A stretch of DNA of 34,011 nucleotides, taken from positions 1 to 34,011 of the forward strand of contig JBHIAC010000020.1 of NCBI GenBank assembly GCA_046758365.1. The letters are read 5' to 3'. The stretch comes from a bacterium. Lineage in GTDB: Bacteria > Zhuqueibacterota > Zhuqueibacteria > Oceanimicrobiales > Oceanimicrobiaceae. The position numbers were made by a program, and so were the translations under genes. Of this stretch, positions 27,264 through 34,011 are shown piece by piece; position 1 is the stretch's first letter, and each line of letters begins with the position of its first letter. Below the pieces are notes generated by a model that did no database searches, was not told where the DNA came from, and was given only the letters and a program-made list of their open reading frames with translations.

Positions 27264-27350
27264 CAAAGATTTTATTGGTAATAATATGATTACTTTTCCG
27301 TCATCATTTTTTGCTTAAGTGTTGTGTATTTACATGCATAGGTGTGAATT

Positions 27351-29564
27351 ATGAGCCCAAGTAAATATTCTAATTTTGATCTGGAAATTTATAAAGATGA
27401 AGGAGAGTATCTTGTAAAAGCCCGTTCATTTGCCGGAGAAGCCACACACAAATTCTCGCTACCATTCACCCATGAAGAAGCAAAAGAATTCATAGTAAGT
27501 GTCGAAAGTGCTATATCCCAGGAGTCTATAAAAATCGATTTTGTTAAGAAATTTGGAGGTCTGCTGTTTGAAGCCGTTTTTCAAAGCGACATTCGCGCTC
27601 TTTACAAAAGCAGTCTGGATCTTATGGAGTCAAAACAAGGCACCGGACTTCGAGTAAGACTTCATCTTCAGTATGTTCCTGAATTTTCTCATCTACCCTG
27701 GGAATACTTGTATCAAGCCACTACGAATCAGTTTTTATGTTTAAATCGACAAACTCCTATTGTTCGTTATCTTGATATTCCAAAAATAATTTCTCCGTTA
27801 CAAATTAAACCGCCACTCCGAATTTTAGTCATGATATCTAGTCCTAAGAATCTGACCCCACTGGATGTCAATAATGAAAAGAATAAAATAAAAAAGACGC
27901 TGGCTGAGTTAGAGAAAAAAGGATTGGTAGAAATAAATATACTTAAGGAGGCGACCGTCACCGAGCTGCAGCAAACCCTGCGACGTTCCGAATTCCATAT
28001 ATTTCATTTCATTGGTCATGGCGATTTTGACAAGGTTAATAATCAAGGTTTGTTGGCCTTTGAAGATGATGATGAATTGGTGGATTATGTGAATGCCGAA
28101 CAGTTAGGCGCTTTGTTATTTAACCACCGATCATTTCGTCTGGTTGTTTTAAATAGTTGTGAAGGGGCTAGAACTTCATTAACAAATCCATTTGCCGGCA
28201 CCGCAACCACACTTATGCAACTGGGCATCCCGTCTGTAGTGGCCATGCAGTTTGTTATCTCGGATTCAGCGGCCATTAATTTTGTAAGTGTTTTTTATGC
28301 ATCCATTGCTGATGGGCTGCCTGTGGATATGGCAGTCACAGAGGCGAGGGTAGCTATTTTTTCTGGTGAAGACCATATCGAATGGGGCACACCTGTTCTA
28401 TTTATGCGTTCTTCAGACGGCTCGCTCTTTAATCTGAAAGAAAAAAGTTCTGATGAATACGTTATTACGAACCAAGCAAGGGAAAAGTATCCGAAAAAGC
28501 TTTCCCATCTTTACGCGGCTGTAATGTATTTTTTAGTAACCCTGCTTTTTGGTGTGATTACTTTTTTTATCCTATCTGTTCTCCCAAAAAGTACCGTAAT
28601 AGAGATGGATGTTTTTGCAAAGCGGATCAGTTTTTCTTTACCCCCTGAAATTACCAGGGGAGAAGAAGTCCCGTTGCTCTATTCTGGCCTGTGGACGAAA
28701 TCTATTAGCATTGAAAAGTTTCATCCCATTGAGTTGACTATTGATTCCCTCTTCGCCCCAATTGAAAGCAGCGGTTTTCAAAATCCTTTAATTATTACAC
28801 CAGACCCTTTAAATGGTAGAGTTACATTTAATTCTAAATCCGCTGATATATCGTTGCAGGAGATAATCTGTGATTCGGCCAGTATAGTGAGTTTTCATCT
28901 GGATGATGAGGATTTATTTATTGAAATTCAAGAGAGTAGTAATGATCCTTACCTATCAATGAGTTTTGGTGATTATACCAATATTGCCGTGCAGGCATGT
29001 ACTGTAAGAGACGGCGCTAACAATGATTTCACGCAATTATTTAGAAACCCTGTCACGGTTCGGCTTCATGATTTTTCCAGATCTCTCAATTTGCAAGGCG
29101 AGAAAGGCAATCTAATTACGATAATTGCAAAAGCGAAGGCTGAAACTGAAGAGCCAACGCAATTTATCCTTGAGGAACGGGTATCTAATCTTGATTTCTC
29201 CAAAAATATTTTCCAAAATTTCAAAACCATCAGACAATCTACGGTGGACAGCATTTTTGTTAAAAGAAATTTCCCACTTGATAATCCAGTGTTTCTTTCA
29301 AGTGGAGCTGGTGAACTTGAAGTTATTGCGGATCCAAACAAATTCATAATATTCGATCTTTCACAAACTGATAATTTGCTGAAACTTACAGCTCAAGGAA
29401 GACTAAAAAGTTTAAAAATAGGCCGGGGAGCATTGATGAGTGAGATGGTTCCGGGGTATTTATCTTTGATTACCCGCCATCCTATTACCTTAGTTCTCAT
29501 AACTTGGATTGGATGGCTCTTGATCGTCCTTAGACCATTTGTATTGAGAATTTATAAAAAATAA
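27351..29564 (+). CDS. CHAT (caspase-like) domain protein with two TM helices flanking a ~290-aa beta-rich domain
   Basis: LPWEYL, LRILVMISSP, FHFIGHG (His), LVVLNSCEGA (Cys), VVAMQF, WGTPVLF; TM1 LYAAVMYFLVTLLFGVITFFILSVL; TM2 ITLVLITWIGWLLIVL. Confidence 0.88.
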   Translation: MSPSKYSNFDLEIYKDEGEYLVKARSFAGEATHKFSLPFTHEEAKEFIVSVESAISQESIKIDFVKKFGGLLFEAVFQSDIRALYKSSLDLMESKQGTGLRVRLHLQYVPEFSHLPWEYLYQATTNQFLCLNRQTPIVRYLDIPKIISPLQIKPPLRILVMISSPKNLTPLDVNNEKNKIKKTLAELEKKGLVEINILKEATVTELQQTLRRSEFHIFHFIGHGDFDKVNNQGLLAFEDDDELVDYVNAEQLGALLFNHRSFRLVVLNSCEGARTSLTNPFAGTATTLMQLGIPSVVAMQFVISDSAAINFVSVFYASIADGLPVDMAVTEARVAIFSGEDHIEWGTPVLFMRSSDGSLFNLKEKSSDEYVITNQAREKYPKKLSHLYAAVMYFLVTLLFGVITFFILSVLPKSTVIEMDVFAKRISFSLPPEITRGEEVPLLYSGLWTKSISIEKFHPIELTIDSLFAPIESSGFQNPLIITPDPLNGRVTFNSKSADISLQEIICDSASIVSFHLDDEDLFIEIQESSNDPYLSMSFGDYTNIAVQACTVRDGANNDFTQLFRNPVTVRLHDFSRSLNLQGEKGNLITIIAKAKAETEEPTQFILEERVSNLDFSKNIFQNFKTIRQSTVDSIFVKRNFPLDNPVFLSSGAGELEVIADPNKFIIFDLSQTDNLLKLTAQGRLKSLKIGRGALMSEMVPGYLSLITRHPITLVLITWIGWLLIVLRPFVLRIYKK

Positions 29565-29575
29565 GGAGTATAGTT

Positions 29576-30460
29576 ATGACTGTGATTAACTTGTTAAATA
29601 ATAATTGGAAGGTTTTATTGATATCCTGCATAATCTTATCGCAATCTTTCCGTTGCTGGTCTCAAAAGAAAGAGCTGCCGGAAATGCCAGCGAATGTTTT
29701 CAATAAGGTAGCTCCCGTAACGGTAAAAATTATCTGTGAAAACGGTGAAAAGGAAGGGAGTGGCTCAATTATAGGGATTACAAACGAAGGACGGGCGTTA
29801 ATCCTAACAGCTTGTCATGTCGTAACAACTAATTTTGAGGAGACTGACCCAGACATTCCGTTAGAATTTTACCAGAATATAAAGGTTAAAATTAAAGCTG
29901 AGGCAAGATTATTACAAGGCCGTGTAATAGAACAATTTATTGATCGCGATAATGATCTTGCTCTTATTACGACCATTGATCCGGTTTCGGAAAAAAGGGT
30001 GATTAGCTATAACTTTAGCAGGGATTTGAAGCCTGGGCAAAAGGTGGCTGCAATTGGTTTCCCCCAGACAGGTGAACACACACAGACTGTTGGAAGAATA
30101 ATCCGAACAGAAGGCAATTATTTGGTTTTTGACGCTAAAATAGCTACCGGTAGTTCTGGAGGCCCTTTGATAGACAAATATGGACGGATGATAGGTCTTT
30201 CTAAGTTTATACTCGGCTATGATGAAGGATATGCAATCCACATGGACCTGGTATCCTCAGTTGTAAATGCTTGGTTACAGAAAACCAGGTTAAACAAGAA
30301 ATGGAAACGTCAGAAGTATGGAAAGTTCACTCACAGGTTTTATCAGGATCCAAAGTTTATAGTAGGCGAAGTTGTAATTGCAGGGGCATTAGGCTATAAT
30401 TTTCTCAGACCAACTGAGCCAGATTTGCCGGGGCCGCCGGGATTTCCAGATTCACAATAG
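29576..30460 (+). CDS. Exported trypsin-like (S1) serine protease
   Basis: SD AAGGAG; signal-like N-terminus; GSGSII, LTACHV (His), DLAL (Asp), GSSGGPL (Ser); no PDZ domain; Pro-rich tail. Confidence 0.88.
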   Translation: MTVINLLNNNWKVLLISCIILSQSFRCWSQKKELPEMPANVFNKVAPVTVKIICENGEKEGSGSIIGITNEGRALILTACHVVTTNFEETDPDIPLEFYQNIKVKIKAEARLLQGRVIEQFIDRDNDLALITTIDPVSEKRVISYNFSRDLKPGQKVAAIGFPQTGEHTQTVGRIIRTEGNYLVFDAKIATGSSGGPLIDKYGRMIGLSKFILGYDEGYAIHMDLVSSVVNAWLQKTRLNKKWKRQKYGKFTHRFYQDPKFIVGEVVIAGALGYNFLRPTEPDLPGPPGFPDSQ

Positions 30461-30475
30461 AAAAGGAGTTATGAA

Positions 30476-33400
30476 ATGTTTAAGTTAAATCAGTTTTTCA
30501 ATTTAAATATTTTGTTCAAATATACCTTTTTGCTACGATGGATATTTTTTATATTTTTATTATTTTTGTTATTCGAGCAACACATCTATGGACAAAGCCA
30601 AGACTTTACTGATATCAATGCTCAACTTATCGGTGTTATGTCCGGCTCAGTAAGATGGGGTGATTACGATAATGACGGTGATCTTGATTTACTACTCATG
30701 GGACGAACAACGACAGAAGGATTCGACCCCATAACAAAGATTTACCGAAATGAAAATGGCATTTTCTTAGATTCAGGAATATCACTTCCGAACCTCTGGG
30801 ATGGTGAGGCCGAATGGGGTGATTACGACAATGATGGAGATCTCGATATTCTGCTTACAGGTGCTACTGGACCGGTTGGCGATACTCAACCTATCTCCAA
30901 GGTTTTCAGAAACGACCAGGGTGATTTCGTTGACATTGATGCAGGTCTGACAGGTGCTTCTTCCAGCTCAGTTGCCTGGGGTGATTACGATAATGACGGA
31001 GACCTCGATATTATACTCACCGGAAGGGGTACATCAAGCACTTTAATCTATCAAAATGACAACGGAGGGTTTACAAAGATCGACCTCTCCATATCCATCG
31101 CTAGGTACGGTGATGTGGTAATGGGTGATATTGATAACGATTCGGACTTAGATATGATCTTAACAGGAGCGAACGATTTTGCGAATTTTTCAGAAATTTA
31201 TGAAAATAGCAATGGAAATTTCTCAGCATATCAAGCAGGACTTAGGGCGGTTGAATCAAGCGATCTGGCAGTTGGTGATTACGATCTTGATGGAGATTTG
31301 GATATTTTTTTGATGGGTACTTTGCAGGGACCATCCTTTTCTGCTCTTTATCAAAACAATGACGGTAACTTCGAAGATACGGGGGAAAAGTTTGCCCCTG
31401 CAGATCTGGGCGAAGCTACCTGGGGTGATTACAATAATGACGGTATTGCAGATCTTTTGGTCTCCGGCGACTCGGTTGAGCCTCCAGATTTAAATCGGAG
31501 AACCATTACGAAAATCTATAAAAATGAAATTCTATTCCCTATCGGTAATTTTTTTTCCGATATTGGAGCTCCCTTGGATACCGTCAGAAGTAGCACCCTC
31601 ACCTGGGGCGATTATGATAATGACGGTGATTTGGATATTGTGCTCGCGGGACATACAGGCTCCAATATCATAACAAAAATTTATCGAAATGAAATTTCAG
31701 TCAAAAACACGAACCCCAGCGCACCGTCAAATCTAGAAAGCTCCATTTCAGGTAGTTCGGTGACATTAAGTTGGGATGCGGCTGACGATTTGGAAACACC
31801 CAAGGACGGTTTGACTTATAATATTCGCCTGGGCACAACGCCAGGTGGCATCGAAATCATAACACCCATGGCTGACATTGCTACTAGCTTTCGCAGAATA
31901 GCTGCAATGGGCAACGTTAATCATAACAAGACATGGATCGTAAATAATTTACCGAATGGTGTCTATTATTGGAGCGTTCAAGCCATTGATCATTCATTCG
32001 CCGGTTCTGCTTTTGCAGACGAGCAAAGTTTTACCGTCGGGCCCGCACTGTCAATTTTTCCTAAAATTTTAGATTTTGGCCTGAATTTGACTTCGCAAAC
32101 GTTTACCATCTCTAACCAGGGCAGCGCTGACCTGACCTGGACTTTGGAAACGACTGAAAACTGGATCACAGTAAACCCTGCCAGTGGAACGACTACTGAT
32201 TCTGATGAGATTGCGGTAACTGTTGAGCGAGCTGGTTTGTCAGCAGGCTTTCAATCAGGTAATGTCATTGTGAAGTCCAACGCGAGAGACGATACCGTCA
32301 TTGTCAAAGTGAACGTCCAATTTACTACTCTTACCGCTCCGAATGTTTTAGACTCAGGGACGAAGTCAGATGCCTATCGCATCATTTCGATTCCAGCGAG
32401 GTTGGACAATCCAAGTCCAGGGACAATTTTGAATTTCTTAGGCGAATATAAGAAAAAATGGCGTTTATTCGACAGTGAGGACGGCAGAAACATCAATATA
32501 GAATTTCCCAACACCCGCAATTTTGACCCAGGGGTTGGGCTTTTACTTATTGTTAAAGAATCAGGGCAGAGAATAACTGCAGGTGCAGGTTCTTTCCTGA
32601 GTGATACAGAATTTTCAATCTCACTAATCTCGGGCTGGAACCTCATCGGCAACCCATATAATCGTAACATCCCGATTGGACAACTCTCTTTAACTAGCGG
32701 CCAGCAGGTCGATCTGTGGACTTTTGTGAATGGCTGGCAAGATACCGTTACGGTCATGGAGCCATGGAAAGGATACGCTATTTCTGTAACCAATGCAGAC
32801 ATGCTTAGAATTGCCCCATTTTCTACCTCATCCTCCTCCTCAGAAGTCGATGAATTTTTACCCAGTGATAAGAATTGGCGAATTCAAATATCTGCTCGGT
32901 GTGAAACTGCCAGCGACCAAACAAATTATGTAGGAGTGAGAGAAGAGGCTGTTAAAGCCTGTGACAGATTCGATTTATTTGAACCACCGACAGTAGGTGA
33001 TTATGTGATGTTAAGTTTCCCGCACCCAGAATGGGGAAAGTTTTTGACTCAATACTCCACAGATTATCAGGCACCAGATGAATCTGGTTATGTTTGGGAT
33101 TTTGAAGTTCGAACAAACTACAGCAATTCTGAGGTAAAACTTAATTTTGATTTAGATGAAATGCCACAAGATAAACAATTACGCTTAGTAGATGAACGAT
33201 TGGGCGTGGTAAAAGATTTAAGAAGAGATTCGAACTACCTCTTTGTTTCGGGAAGTAGTAAATCCAAGAAATCCTTGCGATTGCTAGTAGGAAATCATGA
33301 TTCTGTTGAGGGAAATAGTCTTGAAATTCAAACAGTACCGGATTCCTATGTACTCTCCCAGAATTTCCCTAATCCCTTCAATCCAGCAACAATAATTCGA

Positions 33401-33622
33401 TATGGTTTACCAAAAGCCGAAAGAGTGACTTTAAAAGTTTACAATTTATTGGGTGAAGAGGTTTTAACGTTGGTTAATGACAAGTATCAGTCAGCGGGTG
33501 TTCATTTTGAAATATGGAATGGTCGAAACAAAGATGGCCGACGTGTGGCAAGTGGAATTTATGTTTACCATCTTCGTGCTGGCAGATTTTCAATTACAAA
33601 AAAGATGGCCTTAATTAGATGA
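30476..33622 (+). CDS. Secreted FG-GAP beta-propeller + FN3 + BACON/Ig-like + T9SS/FlgD-type C-terminal domain protein
   Basis: Seven WGDYDNDGDLD-type repeats; PSAPSNL...YYWSVQAID (FN3); FTISNQG..LTW....WITVNPASG (BACON-like); GWNLIGNPY; LSQNFPNPFNP...WNGRN..G..VASGIY...KKMALIR. Confidence 0.9.
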   Translation: MFKLNQFFNLNILFKYTFLLRWIFFIFLLFLLFEQHIYGQSQDFTDINAQLIGVMSGSVRWGDYDNDGDLDLLLMGRTTTEGFDPITKIYRNENGIFLDSGISLPNLWDGEAEWGDYDNDGDLDILLTGATGPVGDTQPISKVFRNDQGDFVDIDAGLTGASSSSVAWGDYDNDGDLDIILTGRGTSSTLIYQNDNGGFTKIDLSISIARYGDVVMGDIDNDSDLDMILTGANDFANFSEIYENSNGNFSAYQAGLRAVESSDLAVGDYDLDGDLDIFLMGTLQGPSFSALYQNNDGNFEDTGEKFAPADLGEATWGDYNNDGIADLLVSGDSVEPPDLNRRTITKIYKNEILFPIGNFFSDIGAPLDTVRSSTLTWGDYDNDGDLDIVLAGHTGSNIITKIYRNEISVKNTNPSAPSNLESSISGSSVTLSWDAADDLETPKDGLTYNIRLGTTPGGIEIITPMADIATSFRRIAAMGNVNHNKTWIVNNLPNGVYYWSVQAIDHSFAGSAFADEQSFTVGPALSIFPKILDFGLNLTSQTFTISNQGSADLTWTLETTENWITVNPASGTTTDSDEIAVTVERAGLSAGFQSGNVIVKSNARDDTVIVKVNVQFTTLTAPNVLDSGTKSDAYRIISIPARLDNPSPGTILNFLGEYKKKWRLFDSEDGRNINIEFPNTRNFDPGVGLLLIVKESGQRITAGAGSFLSDTEFSISLISGWNLIGNPYNRNIPIGQLSLTSGQQVDLWTFVNGWQDTVTVMEPWKGYAISVTNADMLRIAPFSTSSSSSEVDEFLPSDKNWRIQISARCETASDQTNYVGVREEAVKACDRFDLFEPPTVGDYVMLSFPHPEWGKFLTQYSTDYQAPDESGYVWDFEVRTNYSNSEVKLNFDLDEMPQDKQLRLVDERLGVVKDLRRDSNYLFVSGSSKSKKSLRLLVGNHDSVEGNSLEIQTVPDSYVLSQNFPNPFNPATIIRYGLPKAERVTLKVYNLLGEEVLTLVNDKYQSAGVHFEIWNGRNKDGRRVASGIYVYHLRAGRFSITKKMALIR

Positions 33623-34011
33623 GCACATATGACCTTCTCGCTCTCTGAGACTAAGAGAAGCTTTAACAACCTAGCAGTTGTGGTTTTCTGGGCTTCATTT
33701 TAATACGGGGCTCTTTGTCCACGAGGAAGAGGAAAAGATGGGAACGGATTAATTTTTTTCTTTATAAATATTAAAATATGTTACAACTGATACAAAAGCA
33801 AAATATTTCAATTCCGCACTTTTACTAAAGTGATAGTATCTTTGTAATAGCATGAATTTGTAAGGGGTTACGATAAGCCACTATATATCACTACTAAATT
33901 CAATCGAATCTTAACTCATTAATACAACATATTAGTCATGGAGGATTATAGATGGCCAGGCCTTAGCGAAACATAGACAAAAAATACCAATTATCGATTG
34001 CTCATTTCGAA

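Noticed and set aside
643..32802. Short antisense or alternate-frame ORFs in the track (e.g. 643-903, 2280-2543, 8254-8706, 10055-10435, 29912-30241, 32374-32802)
   Set aside because: They are nested in well-supported genes and have no recognisable motifs; treated as shadow ORFs.
33938..34011. Start of a gene at the right edge (GGAGG then ATG 33952)
   Set aside because: That frame stops after four codons and the ATG 33938 frame after twelve; no CDS can be called.

Overview
AT-rich bacterial chromosomal window. The gene styles (T9SS/FlgD-type C-terminal domain, BlaI/M56-TonB pair, DPP III lipoprotein) suggest an FCB-related lineage such as KSB1 or Calditrichota; this is inference. From left to right: (i) the 3' end of a gene made of at least 10 tandem 9-aa repeats (DESFRN[FL][LM][SA]), a strong hairpin, a 994-aa exported metallopeptidase/beta-propeller/putative beta-barrel protein and a PrsW-type intramembrane protease, which together are the best candidate for an undescribed repeat-polypeptide export/processing system; (ii) a GAF-SpoIIE phosphatase and a BlaI + M56-2xTonB module; (iii) a fatty-acid locus (CMD-fabF divergent from a long-chain acyl-CoA ligase that has a structured leader) and an amidohydrolase remnant; (iv) the housekeeping cluster tilS-hpt-ftsH-TPR-folP-cdaA; (v) an M49 peptidase, a DUF433/DUF5615 toxin-antitoxin pair and a REP-like doublet; (vi) an accessory cluster with a membrane-spanning CHAT (caspase-like) protease, an exported trypsin-like protease and an FG-GAP/FN3/T9SS protein. 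Several intergenic spacers contain 100-140 bp elements bounded by inverted repeats, one with a perfect 8-bp target-site duplication. No rRNA, tRNA or CRISPR array was found. All family calls come from motifs recognised by eye, without database searches.
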